A stretch of DNA of 62,939 nucleotides, counting the filler, from Basidioascus undulatus (lineage: Eukaryota), in NCBI GenBank assembly GCA_000826855.1. It is 10 parts of 10 records of this genome, joined end to end, with 100 filler letters (N's around TTAATTAATTAA, not from the genome) between each part and the next. Parts side by side here need not be neighbours in the genome. Positions count along the whole stretch, not along the records: positions 1 to 22,623 come from JTLS01000293.1; 9 more parts are not named here. One strand, 5' to 3'. Shown here in pieces: positions 1 through 12,926 of the stretch; the first letter of the stretch is position 1; the number at the start of each line of letters is the position of its first letter. Made by a program: the position numbers and the translations under genes. The notes under the pieces are model-generated. The model did not search any database and was not told the DNA's origin. It saw only the letters and a list, made by a program, of their open reading frames with translations.

Positions 1-1057
1 CTGCGGAGGTGGTGGGCGGCCACGTCGCGCTAGGCGCGGCGGTGACGGACGGCGGCGCGCCCGAGACGGGGGGCGGGCCGTTGCCGAGCCCATTGACGAC
101 GCCCGTGATGGCGTTGAGGGTGTTGGGGGTGAGGCCAGGCGCGCCGCCCGAGTTGACCATGGCAAGGAAGGCGGCGGTGTTGGGGCTCGGGGGGGGGTAG
201 CCGCCGTTGACAAGCGGGGTGAGGCCGGTGCGGCCGATGGGGAGGTCCGCGCCGCCGGGGGTGAAGCCGGTGCGGAAGGTCGAGGGATCGAAGGAGCCGC
301 CGGGGGTGGTGAACGCGTGGGTGGTCGAGGGCTGCTGCGAGGGCCCGGCGAGCATCGCCGGGGAGAGGGGACCGGAGCGGAGGCTGGTGGCGTTATCGCC
401 GCCTGGTGCGCCGTTCGCGCCCGCGCCCCAGGGGAAGCCGCCTGCGCCGGAGGGCCCGCCCTGCGGCTGGGGGCTCGCGAGGGCCGCGAGGGGCGGGAGG
501 ATGGGTTTGGGCGTGTTGAGGGCGCCTGCGGTCGCGCCCGTAGGGGACGGCCTCGGCGCGCCGGGGGCGTCGTCGGCGACGGCGGCGTGCCCGCGCGAGT
601 CGGTCGTGGAGCTCGCGCTGAAGGACTGCTCGAACGGGTTCGGCTCGAGGTCGAGCTTGGACGAGGCGCGGTGGTTGAGCGGCGGCGGCGAGCCCTGCCT
701 TGGCGGGTGCGACTTTGAGCGCGGGCCAGCTTCGGCCGTGACTGAGGGTGAGGTCGCGCGCCGGACTGGGGCACAGCGTCGGCGTCGTTGAGAATGGTGA
801 GGACGACACCGACAATGACGAGTGTGATTGCAACGATGGCGAGAAGGCGGCGGCGGCGAGGAAGGGGAAGAATACGGGTCATGGCACGACGTCAGCGACC
901 CGATCTCTCTTGCTCGTCCTCTGGCCCCGTATGCTCTCGCTCGGTATCCCACCATATTTCCTAGGATTCCGAGCAACTGCAGGCCCAAAGCAACAGTGAA
1001 CTCACGAGGAGACTGACTCCCGGCCTTTGCAGTGGAAGTGTCGACCGCTGTCGTCAT
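1..1057 (-). CDS. atf1: ATF/CREB-family bZIP transcription factor Atf1, N-terminal part (bZIP domain lies beyond the contig start)
   Basis: Minus-strand translation gives KLDLEPNPFEQSF (Aft1_OSA motif, ~620-658), SLRSGPLSPAMLAGP (Aft1_HRA) and FDPSTFRTGFTPGG...RTGLTP (Aft1_HRR). A putative exon 1 at 1057-1006 (MTTAVDTSTAK...) followed by GTGAGT splices in frame to a CAG acceptor at 766. The start is inferred. Confidence 0.85.
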   Translation of the reverse strand, partial: MTTAVDTSTAKAGSQSPREFTVALGLQLLGILGNMVGYRARAYGARGRAREIGSLTSCHDPYSSPSSPPPPSRHRCNHTRHCRCRPHHSQRRRRCAPVRRATSPSVTAEAGPRSKSHPPRQGSPPPLNHRASSKLDLEPNPFEQSFSASSTTDSRGHAAVADDAPGAPRPSPTGATAGALNTPKPILPPLAALASPQPQGGPSGAGGFPWGAGANGAPGGDNATSLRSGPLSPAMLAGPSQQPSTTHAFTTPGGSFDPSTFRTGFTPGGADLPIGRTGLTPLVNGGYPPPSPNTAAFLAMVNSGGAPGLTPNTLNAITGVVNGLGNGPPPVSGAPPSVTAAPSATWPPTTSA

Positions 1058-4000
1058 CGTGCGAGCACGGGAGAGCGAGGGCGAAGGATGATGTCGACCG
1101 TATACCTGTGCGGCGGGTTCTCTCTCACCAGCGCTATCCCAGTCCCGCCGCAGCCATCATCCCGTCAGCAACCTTAATCGATCCCCTCCCTCAGAGAATA
1201 TGGCAGGGACTGTAAGGCGTACAATGTCTGAAATAGTAGGCTGCGAGTAGGCTGGCGTAGGGCGTTTACGTCGAGCGCGGACTTTGGGAGGAGATGACGA
1301 GGTGGAGAGAAGAGAGCGGGCGGTGCGTCATTCGGTCTGACCCCTGTTTGCACTGTGGCAAATCCGCGGCTCGCTCGAGAATTTTCACTTTGCCCCTTCT
1401 CGCCCTTTTTTCGATGCTTTGTCACCGTCTGGCCCCCGTTTGGCACACATTCTTCAAACGCGGTCTGTATCACACACTTCTTTGAATGTATAGCAAGCAA
1501 CTTTTCACGTTCCAGGTCGGACACGCGAACGAGAACTTACGAACCGAGAACCAACCGAAAGCGCGCGGTTGCGATTGGGACCGGCCCATTCGGACTTACT
1601 TCAGCGCTGGCTCTGATGTCCAACTCTCTCCCACTCAAAAGCCTTTCATCAAACCTCCCACTCGCAGCAACGATCGTCACTGCGCGCGAGCTCGTCGTTG
1701 CGACTCGTCCGCTCGTCGTCTTCAACGTTGTTGTTGTGCGTACTGTTCAAGCTGTCCCAAGCTGTCCCGGAATGTGTCACGCGCGCGCCTCCACTGGAAT
1801 AACGTCATTGGCAACATTGCTGATTGGCTGGCTCGGGCGCTGACGGGCGACTGCACGCTCGGCACGCCACATTGCTGCCGATGTTCCGCACTTGGATGGG
1901 CGGCATCGCAGCGCCAAACATGTCATGACAGGAGGAGTCCGCGCTATGGCTGGATGGCCGCAACGCTTGTAATCGCGAACATAAAAGAACAGGGCTGCAC
2001 CATTCAATGTCAGAGTGAACTTGTGAACAGATCGTAGTCGATAGCCAGTTCAGTACTAGTGCCGTTGATAACGAGCTGCAGCAGCAGTACTGGCGCTGCG
2101 ACTCCCGGATCGGCAGCGATGCTAGATACCCATGTTTTCTTCGAACGTAATGCACCTTCTGACAGACTTTCACAAAGGCATTTTGTGTATAAAACAAGGA
2201 AAATCGCTAAGCTCCAATAAGTGACAATCATGCCTGAATACGGCGACAGAGCAAACTCGACTGCGACGTGGCTTCCAAGCGCTTCCGCTGGCAAGCGTAG
2301 CATCCACCACCACGAAGCTGGAAACTTGCAGCTGGCTGGCTGAGGCTGGCCGGACACTGATGGGCCCTTTAATACATACGCAACAGCCTACACCAGCTGT
2401 ACCGCGAGAAATATCCTCGGTTCCAACCCAGAAAAGCACGCTTCCACACCGGGGGGTAGGAAACGAGGAAGACCTAGGACGGCCGAGAACAAGTAACTCG
2501 CTGCCGCACTTTCGAGTCTGAAAAGCCCTCTCTCGCGGGGATGTCTGCTCTGGGCTTCCTTCCGATACGATGAAAGTTACAGCATATTTTAGGCTTCCCT
2601 TTACCTCATTCTATCTCTAGGGAATCAGGGCGTGTGGGAGCGAGGACAAGGGAGAGGGGATGAAGCCTCAGGTCCTTCCCAAACACCTGACTGCCTCCAA
2701 ACCGTCGTCGAACCCTCTCAATGAGAGTATGCGTGCCTGTCGCAAGGACCACACCTCATTTCCTCTCGTTGTTAGGTGATCCCCTAGGCTTTGAACTCAG
2801 TACCGGCAGCCTACACACAGTCGTCGGTCGTAGAAATGCTGAGCATGCTGCAGACCGGCGGGTGGTGATAATCCTAGTAGCCAGAAAGCAAGTGGACTCC
2901 CCTACCTGACAGAACGGTAAACAATCTCCCCGGTAAGCCTAAAGTGAATCCGAGATGCTGGGGAGACTTGAAGAAGCTTGTCGCAAGCGGAGAAGAAACC
3001 GACACGGGCGGTTGGCTCGGGGAGAGTTTGAAAGTGGTGATAGAGAGACTCTTTGAAAGAAAAAAGAAAACAAAACTCAAGTCAAGTCATTCCTCCGTCC
3101 GATTTTGTGGGACGTGTCTGGATGAACACAAGTGACGGCATATTGCGAGACTGCAGTGTCAGTTCAGCATCAGTATATCAAGACCAACTCTGGTTTGTGT
3201 ACAGATATTCACCTAACCAAATAATTCATCCTAAAATTCAGAGCCTAAGTGTCAAATCCACATGTGAAGCACAAATGAGAGCGTGACAGTCATCTTCGTC
3301 TATGTTGTCCATCAGGTTAAGCTTCCTTCCCAAAGGCCAGACCGCCTTCAGGCCGGCGTGAGAGGTCTGGGCAAAGGAGTGTATGGGTAACAGTTGCGGA
3401 TCTGAATTTTTCAGATCTAGGACCGCTGGCCTGCAGTGCTAGACCATGAACTGAGCGCTACGGACGGTGTTTCGGGCTCGGAATGCTCAACATGCTGTAC
3501 GCGCGGTGACAATTTCAATCACCGGAAAGCAGCAGATCTGACAGTATGTTGTGATAGGTAAAAGGAAGTATTGCGGGCGGATACATGGGGATGAGGACCA
3601 GAGTGTTGTCGAACCTTGAGGAAGCCCGTCGGTGGTGTCAAGACTGACACCGGCAGTGGGTATGAGTAGAAGTTGGGCAACTGGTGATAGGGAAACTCGT
3701 TCGAATAAGAACACCCTTTTGTATTTGTGTCAGGATTCATCGATATGTCCGGATGAAGTTGAAGGAGCAGCAAACGAAGCCATCCCTTGGGCTATCCCGT
3801 GGGCTCCATCTCTGGGGCTCGGCAAGATCAAGACGCAGCCTGGCTCGTGCACTCTCTCGTACATCAGAACAGTTGGACAAACCTCTAGAATCTCGCTTCA
3901 AGTTCCGCATGTGAGCCTTGTTGGATTTGGTCCACATGAGAATCACAATGTCAGCCTGGTGATCATCTTCGTCCGCTGTGTCCGTCGGCTTGGCTGGTCG

Positions 4001-4104
4001 GCCAGGTTTTGTGCGACAGTGTTCGACATTGTTCTGTCCACCATGTTTGTAGAGTCTAGATTATACCAAAAGTGGCGAGGACGACACGTCCTCATCGTGT
4101 GGTG

Positions 4105-4560
4105 CCGTACTTCAGTGCCTGAGTACCTGTACAGCGAGGAGCTCGAGGCATACCTCCAGGACCGCATCGTTACCAAGCTCGGTCTCATATTCTCGTGTAA
4201 CGGGTGAGTTTGAAACTTATGTTCCAAACGCATAACAGTCGCTCACACCCCGCTGTCACCACACAGCCCCAAGAAGGTCTACATCCAGCACAAGATGACC
4301 GAGGATCAATCGGTGAGCGCTCCCCCATCACATCCGTCACGCCCGCACAAAATGGCTATTCTAACCCCAATTCCCCATCCATCAGCCCCTCTCCCGCTAC
4401 CTCTCCAACAAGTCCGAAGGCAGCTCCGACGGTGTGTTCTACCTCTGCGGTGCGCCCTCTCCCTCTCCCGCACCCTCCTTCTCCTCGACTGACTCGCCCT
4501 TTCCCTGCCTGCCTACAGGTCCCACCTGGACTGTACCGGACGTCTACGAGGCGCTGGTTA
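4105..4560 (+). pseudogene. MET10: Isolated fragment of sulfite reductase (NADPH) flavoprotein alpha subunit, C-terminal NADPH-binding region, with 3 retained introns
   Basis: Exons ~4105-4203, 4267-4312, 4386-4449 and 4519-~4560 splice to EYLYSEELEAYLQDRIVTKLGLIFSCNGPKKVYIQHKMTEDQS...GVFYLCGPTWTVPDVYEAL, matching the Met10 motifs EYLYGE..EAY...G.AFSRD...VYIQ and FYLCGPTWPVPDV. No N-terminal domains upstream; several conserved residues are substituted. Confidence 0.85.
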
Positions 4561-5004
4561 TAAAGTTGGGGAGAGAAGCATCCCCCATGACAGCATGCGA
4601 TGCAAGCCAGGCCTTGTCTCGGGGGTGAGCCAGCGGAGCTTTTGAAGGGTAGGAAGCCTGAGGGACACCTGGACGCCTTCGCCGACGAGGCCGCTCGTGA
4701 TCATGGATATAGAGACAAGACTTTTCAGCGAGTTCAAAAACGAGACGACCAACTCAAGTGGTCCAGTGAAGTGGAGGCACGAGATATGGGTGACGGTTGC
4801 GCTCCAACGCAGTAAAGCGAAAGAAAGGGAGGCGTCGACCCGCAGGAATCCCTGAGTGTGTTCGGGAAGTCCCTCGACTTTGGAGAGCTGAGAGAGAACG
4901 TTGAAAAAGTGGTAGAGAGTATCCGGAGTGATCGAGTGGTCTTCCTGCTCCAGGTGCGGAAGACAACGTGCTGGACAAAAGACGCATGGGGGGAGCCTGA
5001 GCAT
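4558..5004 (-). pseudogene. Possible remnant of a leucine-rich (F-box/RNI-like) protein
   Basis: 148-aa ORF with LxxLxxLxL-like periodicity (LVVSFLNSLKSLVSISM, LRLPTLQKLRW). No clear start or F-box motif; it ends at the MET10 fragment. Confidence 0.3.
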
Positions 5005-5360
5005 TTGATGCCTGTGAAGGGTGTCCGCGAGCTTGACACAGGGCGATCAGATTGCAGGACTATCGACTGAATACTCAGCGCTCATCATGGACCTGCCATT
5101 TACTAAACAGTAGGAAACAGCGTTCGCATGTCGATACCAACATACTCGAAAGAGACGAAGATAAAGCAAAAATAACACAACAACAGAGTCCACCCCCTCG
5201 TCCCCATCCCCACGACCTCCGCTTCCTCCACCCGTCCCATCCACCCTCGTCCCAATCCACCCTCCCTCCTCCCTCCTCTCCCACGCAACCCAGCCACTAC
5301 CACCACCTTCAGCAACCACTCTATCAACTCTCCCCAACGTATATCCCCGTCCCAACCCGC

Positions 5361-7570
5361 TCATCGCGCCGGGAACATCGCGTTGTACCGCTTCAAGCAC
5401 GAGTACCACTCGTAGTCTTCCGCCACCCACCGCAAAAACCGTCAGCAGGCTCGATTGTCAGCCTGAGGGTGGGAAAGTGATAGACGCACCGAAGTTGTTC
5501 GCCGGATCGCAATAGCACCTCCCCACCGCGCGGGGGCCCTGTGGGCAGTGCTGGAACGGTTCGTGGCGGTACCTTGTATTTCAACCGTCCACCGCATCAA
5601 CGACCATTCCCCATCCCCATCCCATATTCTCTCTCTGGGTGGAGAAGGGGGGGGTCGACGCACCCGATATCCTCGAAAAAGTAAATCTGGTCCGGGCGGG
5701 AAAAGAGCGCCGCGGCGATCGAGTGCACGGGCGCGTCGCCCCAGCGCTCGTAGTAGAACCCGCCGGCCTTGTCGAGGAAGTCGAAGAACTTCGTGTATGC
5801 CTCGGAACGCCAGAGCTTGAGGTTGCCTGCGTGCGTCGGTGCGGGTGAGCCGCTGGTACCTACTGCGGAAGCGGGAGGGGCGTACCGATCTCGAAGTTAC
5901 TCTGCACGCGAGGGGAGCAGAGTGAATGGATAATGTTAGGAGGTGAGGGGTGAAGGGAGGGGGGACGGGGGAACCCACCCAGAAGTGACACCGGTTGTAC
6001 GTCTCCCCGCCGTCGTCGGAGATGAACGAGAGCGCGTTGTTCTCGGGGATGAGCTCGGGGTAGGTCTTGATGAACTCTGTGTGCTCCCGCGAATGAGTTT
6101 TCGCCCAGAGGAAGAGGGAGAGGGAGAGGGAGAGGGGGAAGGAAGGTGGAGGACAGGGACGCACCCTTGACCGTATCCCACAGCGTCGGGATCGTCTCGG
6201 GGTACTCGTACAGCGAGATGGTGAACCCGTAGTTCATATCGTTCGCTTCGAAGAACTTGAACGCTGCGTGCGGGAGCGGGGCGTTCGATCAGGGTGCGTT
6301 GAGGGAGGGGCGGGCAAGGAAGGAATGGGGCATGGACGGACGGTCATAGTCGAGGTCGCAGAAGAGCTGTTGCAGGAGGGTAAGGTGAGCTGGAGGAAGG
6401 TGCAATGGTAAGGGGGAGGAGAAAGGACCTTGATCGAGGGCCTGATGCGACGCGAAAGGATGTCAGTCCGCTGCGAAGACGAAGGGAGGGAAGTGCTGAC
6501 GCACTCGATGCGCCAGTAGTAGTCGTACGCATCGAGAAGCGGGTGCCGGAAGAAGAAGCCAGAGTTGAACCTGTCCCATCACAGTGATTAGCGGGCTTCT
6601 TCCGCATCCTCTCCCTCGGCTTCGCTCGACGCACCGGCACTGTGCCCATCCGCCGCGCAACATCCCCCACATCAGCCCACGCTCTTCCCCAGCCTCTCCC
6701 CCCCCTCAATCTTACCATGTTCCTGCCACCGCTCCCTCTGTCAGGTCGCGTAAAATTCCGACCCTAACGGGTGACGACGTACCTGTACGGGACCGAGTGC
6801 CCGTAGATGACCTGCTTCGCGACCATCTCCTTGCGCGCCTCGGTCGCGCGCGCCTCGTCGATCCAGTCCGGCTGGTGCCAGTGCTCGGCGGGGATGAGGC
6901 CGTAGTGGCAGGGCGCGTCGGTCATCGCCTGGGTCCGCCTGCAGAGGGCGTCAAAGGGGGTGTAGGGTTGGTTAGGAAGAGTGGAAGAGCGCACGCTTTG
7001 AAGTCGTCCGAGAAGGGCTCGTCGTTTAGGAAGACATATTCGTCTGTGGGGAGGGGAGAAGGGTCACGGCACGACACGGGGTGGGGATGCGGAGACGAAG
7101 AGACGTACAGCCAAACTTCCTGTTGAACCGGTCCTCCATCGCCCGCATGCTCTCCAAGAACGGGTACTGTCCCCCACCGCCAACATCATTCCACCAGCGC
7201 ATCAGCTTCCCTCCCCCTCCCCATCCATCCGTGACTCTCACAACGAACCAGATCGCTGTTCCTAGCGAGGACGACAAACGCGGCCTTCGCGCGGGGCTGT
7301 TCAGCAAGGGTCTCGTTGTTCCATGTGGGCGTGATGGGGCGGCGGTAGTAGCGCGGGTCGTTTGCGTCTGAGCGGAAGGCGGAGGAGAGCGTGGAGAGCG
7401 ATGTGGAGCGCGCGTAGGCGTCGTGCGAGAGCGTAAGGATGAAGTGGATCAGGACCTGCCCCAATCCAGTGCCAATGTCAGCTTGTTATGTAAGTTGAAT
7501 GGGATGGGGGGAGACGGACGAGGAACAAGAGCGCGGCGCAGACGTATCGGGCAGGTCCGGGGAGGACCAT
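5361..7570 (-). CDS. Alpha-1,2-mannosyltransferase, glycosyltransferase family 15 (KRE2/MNT1/KTR family), multi-exon
   Basis: N-terminal TM anchor from ATG at 7570. Motifs [69 protein letters not shown] and [20 protein letters not shown]. Stop TGA at 5363-5361 after [15 protein letters not shown]. Confidence 0.95.
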
Positions 7571-9565
7571 CTCGACTGGGCGTGCAAGCGGCGGATATAC
7601 CGGTGGTGGTGAGAAGGAGAAGAGGAAAGCTACAAGAAGATCGTTGTATAAGTGTGTCGTGTACGGTCGTAAATAGTATCGGTGGCGGAGCGTGTGTAGT
7701 GGGAAGTAGGCAAGCCAGGAGAAGGCGCAACTGCACCTGGACGGTGCGGTGTCTGTCGCCTTGAACGCGTTGGCGTCTCAGGTGCCTGACGTCTTCGAAT
7801 CCTGGCCCAATTACACCGCTAACCGTGCCTCTGTGCCTTTGGCCCTCGCAGAACCATCTTGGCCATATCCCACGGGTCTACTTTGCACAGCACTGCATGT
7901 CGGAAAGTATTTGGCTTGATGCGAGGTCCGCTCCAGGAGGTGCAGATCGGGACGCTGCTCTATTTGGGTGTCGGCAGTTTTGAGTCTCGATGTCAAGGTC
8001 TGTGCGTATTCCATTTCCTGCTGTATAAACGGGGAATCGACGCCTATGTAACATACTTCAGTTTGTAGACCAGCAAAAAGCTACACTCTACCATCCGCAA
8101 TTTCCGACTTGCAGCACCGTCTGCGTTTCCTCACCACGGGCCTGACCATCTCCTCTTCCTCCCGATCCTCACTCTTCCTCCCACTCCTCACCTGTTGTCT
8201 CAATCTTCTGCTCGATAGTCGCTTCTCTTCCTCACTGGGCCTCTGCGCACGTCCTCGTCCGCGAAGCCGCGGGTTCGCTTACGCCGTACGCAGTAAGCGT
8301 GAGGTGGACACGTATCGGTACTCGATCTTGTGCGTCCTCAGGGATGGGTGGTTCATCCTTGGGTTGGAACAATATGGTATGAGCTGCAAAAGTTCCTTGC
8401 GTGGAGGGAGGATGGCAGGGAGGAGGGGCAGGCTTAGGAAGGCAGACTGCGCGTGGGGCGTGTGCGTATTTTCTCACCCTTCACCTTCCTGCGTTGTTCT
8501 CACTCTTCATGCAACATATTCAAGATTTATCTTTATCGGCACAGGCGAACAAGCCCTCCACAGCCCCACCGATCCCGCCGTCGTGCCCTTTGCAATCCTC
8601 GTCCCCAACAACCTCGCAGTCGCGATCACCTCCTTCCCTGGCCTTTTGACCCCATACTATCCTCCTGTCCCTCCAACGATCACATACTCCATCCATTTTC
8701 TTCACAGTCCAAGTTTAAATTCCACTATGCTTTGCTTCGGGCCGTTCCTCGCACGCTCCCAATCCGCGTCACACATGCTCTCGCTGTGCTGCCCTTCCCT
8801 GAGAGCGGTCACATCAAGATGCTGGCCCGCTCCTCTAGACGGAGCATCTGCGCCACGGTCGAAATTGTGTGTCTGACGAAGTGGTTTGTGGGAAACTGTC
8901 GATGCGGGGAGGGAAGATAAAGGGCAGGTTCGGTAGACTGCGTTCCTGTGTGCAATGTCTGTGGAGTTGCGCTCTCCGCTCATATAGCCTCTGAACGACT
9001 CTTTCATTCACACTTTTTTCATAAATTCAAGCATCAACACACGGAACTAGTGGTCTGTGCCGGGAAATGTCGCGCGTTGCGACACTGGACGCCTAATCAT
9101 GCAAGGTCGCGGACGATCAACTGTGCCCCAGACTTTCCAAAGGTACCTTTCAGTGTCGGTGTAAATAATTGAGACGAATGGTGTCCAGTAGGTCTACTTT
9201 GCGATCCTGCTGAATGTGGGGAAAACATAGGCAGTTTGAAATCGCTGCTGAAGCCCTCTGGAATTACAGCCTCGGCTTTCATCGCAAGGCTTATGCGCGA
9301 TGCGTCTCAACGGAACCAGGAGACGATTGTTGTTCCATGCTTTTAGTAAATAACCCAACTACCAACCCATGCTTCCAGCACAACAGTACATGCAGCGCTG
9401 GTCGATCGGTACCCTCAACCACTCACAGAGCCAGCGCAAAACAGCCCGCTCAGCTGTTCGAATGTGCACGCCTCACTTTTAGGGCCTGGGTGGCCGGTTC
9501 GATGCACGCGAAGGGGGACTTTGGGTATACAACCAATGTTTTGCACTTCCTTGTGGGCTTGGCCA

Positions 9566-10900
9566 TGAGCGATGCTCAGAAAGAGGCGACTGTCGCCGAA
9601 ACACAAGGGTCGCCCCGGGCGCGCGGCCATGGTGGCATGGGCACGTCGACTTCGGCAACGACTTCTGGCCTCGCACCGCTCAGCTGCACATCTTCACCCC
9701 TCCATGGAAGGTGCGCGAGCTCAAGACATGTTCAAAAAGGGGTCTTCCGCAAGAAAGACATGGTTCTTGATGTTGCAAACTGAATGAGGGCAGAAGTCCA
9801 TGCGAAAGTCCCAGCTTGACATCTCTATCGCCTCGGCTGTCCTTTACAGGCTGTATTCCTCTCGCTTCCTGATTTTTCAGTCGGAGGAGCCACTTCGCTT
9901 CTTCTAGCCTCGTTTGGCTCTTTCACCCGGTTCACCACCTTTCCGCTCGCCAGCCATTGATCTCGGCAGCCATGCGCACCGATCCTTGCTTTATTCTCTC
10001 TCAGCTCTCTAGCTGCGCACGAAGCAGAGAACCGAATTCCTTCGAGGACGATCCGCACTCACATTGGCCGGAGCGACACCAATGCTGAGCGATTGAAAGA
10101 GGGGCCTGCCGCTGTTGAAGCCCGTGAGGCGATGATACACCGGGGACCTTGCGCGTGAGTCGCTTCCGGTATTCGGTGCATGTGGGTGGCTGGGTACTCA
10201 TATTTACAGCATATCGCTTCCAGTCCAGCCTCGCGCTTCCATCGTCCCCAGCCCAGTGTGAGCACCTTCACGGGCGCCGGTACAATCGTGCACAAGCTCA
10301 TTCTTTCTCCAACGCATCGCAGTGTTACCGATCGCATTCAGGTCGACGGTCAAGACACCAGGGATCTTATTTGGTACATGACGGACCACCTTATCGTCAA
10401 CACCGTCGAGGATGCGCCCACATACACCTTCACGCCGTCCGCAAACGGCGAGCCAGTTGACATCAAGTACTCCGTGCGTGGCCCTACTAACCATCAAAGG
10501 ACCACATAAATTTGACACTGGCAGCAATAACCACCTCTCTATGTAAGCTCCGAGCTCATGGCTATGCCTTGCAACTGCGTCCGCGGGCACTGACAGGAGG
10601 GATATTGGGCCAGGCTCTCGCATGTAAGACTCTGCATCCTCCTTTTTGCTAACCTCTGCTCCGCACTCACGTAACTTACAGCTCTCAAGGCAAGCGCAAC
10701 CAGTCAGTCGTGCACCATCTCTCCCCTCTCGCTCCTCATCTCAAAGCTCTAACATGCTAGCCCATTTGTCGTTGCTCAGCTGGCGTTGGAGCTCGCCCAC
10801 CGACCTACACCCCCTTTATTGGTTTCGCTGAGACAACTGTGGTACTTTTTCAAAACGCTCTTTACTCCTGAGCTACCAGGTAAAACATTAACGATTGATA
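9566..10900 (+). CDS. Hypothetical multi-exon protein, possibly decayed
   Basis: Protein-like segments bounded by splice signals (WWHGHVDFGNDFWPRTAQLHIFTPPWK|gtgcgc; VDGQDTRDLIWYMTDHLIVNTVEDAPTYTF; PFVVAQLALELAHRPTPPLLVSLRQLWYFFK). No family recognised. Confidence 0.3.
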
Positions 10901-11804
10901 ATATTGGCCAGTTCTACATCAACCGAGACCTCTGCCATTACACCACATTGGATCACAATGGATCAATCTCATCAAAAGCAATAGTAAGTTATTAGTTTTC
11001 TTGTATTGCTACCGTACTAAAAAGCTGTTGGATCTTGATCAGCTTCGGCGGCTGGGATTGAACATTGTCTCCAGATCATTGCTCTCGGTCAAACTGGCTA
11101 TCCCCGTGAGGTGTACTTACCGATGATGTCGCCAAATCCGACAGCTGGTTCACGGTCAGCCTCGAGAGTTGGTCCAATTGGTGTGCCATTCGAGTCTCGA
11201 GGTTGGCGTTGACAGGCAGCTTTCTTGCTTCAGGCTTTGGTGTTTGACCAGATCTGAGCTACGTGTCATAACAAACGTAAATGAATGTACATGGGTTTGA
11301 TGCATCAGAATGGACCGCTGCACACTCAGGCTGCATTTTGAAACTTTGGGTGAGAGAGGAGAGACCTCTTGAAGAAACCCGAGTCACTAGTCAGCGGGAA
11401 CCGGATTGCCCTTCATGAGTTGCTGCTTCTAACTAGTCCTGGTCCAGCATCGTTGTGGACCCCTTGCTGAGGCTGTACGTGATATTCTGCGTGAGAGTAC
11501 GTCTCCTAAATTAGCCCCAGTGCTGGTCAGGGTAATTCAATGAAAATTGCTTTACCTCTACTGCTTCCAACCCCCATTCACGTTGGATCCGTGACGGGCA
11601 GTGAAAAAACGCTTGATCCGCCCAGCCCACGAAGGATGATCTGTATAGTAGCGGATGCCCAACTCAATAAGCAAAAGTCCTTGGACCTCGGATCCCGTAC
11701 ACCACTCACGAGAAGGCCCAAGCAGGGGCGGTAAAGAAATGCATTCTGTGCTTGTGCCACTCTGTTTCGCCAACAACAGTGCCTTCATGACCTTTGGTCC
11801 CCTC

Positions 11805-12420
11805 CTATTCATTCAGATCCCACGCACCGTTCAAGCGACGAGCGGCGCAGCTCATCTTCGCAGCGTGAGCAGCACAGTACACGAGTCTCTCATGCAACCC
11901 ATTTACCCCGGCCCCATAAACCTCCACTGCGTCTACCGCTCTACCCCTGTTCCACGCATCCTGCACAGCCTTTGATACTTCCCAAAGCACCGCCGCCTGC
12001 GCATGGAAGTACTCGACATAGTCTTCGATATGCGCGCGGTCCGACTTGCTCACATGCTTGAACGCGTGCTCCATCCGCGGGTCGAGCTCCATGTCGGGTG
12101 GGATGTGTTGGAGCCCAGCCACGCTCGACCGGGGCAGGCCGAGCTCGCACTCGTAGCTGAAGTAGTACAGGCGCTCGGCGAAGCGGGCGGGGCGAAGGTG
12201 GGGAGGGGGCATGAGCCTGTAGCTGTCCAGCCGTGGTCCCTAGCGTTTGGCGTAATACTATTGCGATATACAAGACATTCCTATGAGGTTTCAGGTCAGC
12301 CTCGTTGTGGTTTGCGACAAATACGGTCGTCCCGCCGCGAGTCGCTCACTCTGGCAACCTTATCAGCTTCCGCTCTGGCCAGCGCTATGTGTCTGATATT
12401 TCCTCCTGAAACCAGATAAA
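11805..12420 (-). CDS. Hypothetical protein
   Basis: 135-aa ORF 12212-11805 with natural helical composition (FAERLYYFSYECELG...HIEDYVEYFHAQAAVLWEVSKAVQDAW) and a short upstream exon ending at a GTGAGC donor near 12348. Confidence 0.4.
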
Positions 12421-12926
12421 AGACCATGGGTTTTAAAAAATAAAAACGTGAAAGGAGTTCAGGACAGATAGTGGATCTTTGTTGGGTAGATCTTTGCGTT
12501 CTGAGATCTGACCCGCCGATGCAAATGCCTTCTGAAAGGCACTGCCATGGGAAATTCCGAACGTCTTCGGTCTTCAAGCCACTTTTAGTCAACTATTTAT
12601 TTGACATGGATAAAGAATTCAAGCAGAACTCAACGCTCGACACAGGCATAGCTACCTCCGGCCCTCAGGAAACCGCCCCCTCAACCAGCCCCACCAATCG
12701 TCGAGCTTTGGCATCACCTTCAACTTCTCGATCGACGGAAAGTCCAGAGGAATCATCTGCAACGCGGTGTCCGCACATAGAAGGAGCATTGCCGCTCGTC
12801 CTTTGCGCCACCACTGCCCGGTCCCACCCACCTTCCCACTCAGTCACGTCCGCGTCCCGGGATCGGCCGACTCACAGCTCTGATATTCCCCCTCAAAATT
12901 CTCAACCCACCCGCTCTACTGGGAAT

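Noticed and set aside
207..791. Long plus-strand ORFs here, and similar antisense ORFs over SIN3, GDA1, uL24m and APC1
   Set aside because: They are shadow ORFs caused by high GC3 on the true coding strand.
3330..3430. Stem-loops (CCAGACC/GGTCTGG; GATCTGAA-TTT-TTCAGATC overlapping CTAG) as an ncRNA or Helitron 3' end
   Set aside because: The stems are short, I found no RNase P/MRP, snRNA or telomerase-template motif, and the hairpin-CTAG spacing is atypical. An Rfam or HelitronScanner search would be needed.
8109..8876. 255-aa ORF as a gene
   Set aside because: No recognisable motif, and it crosses intron-like low-complexity sequence; not supportable.
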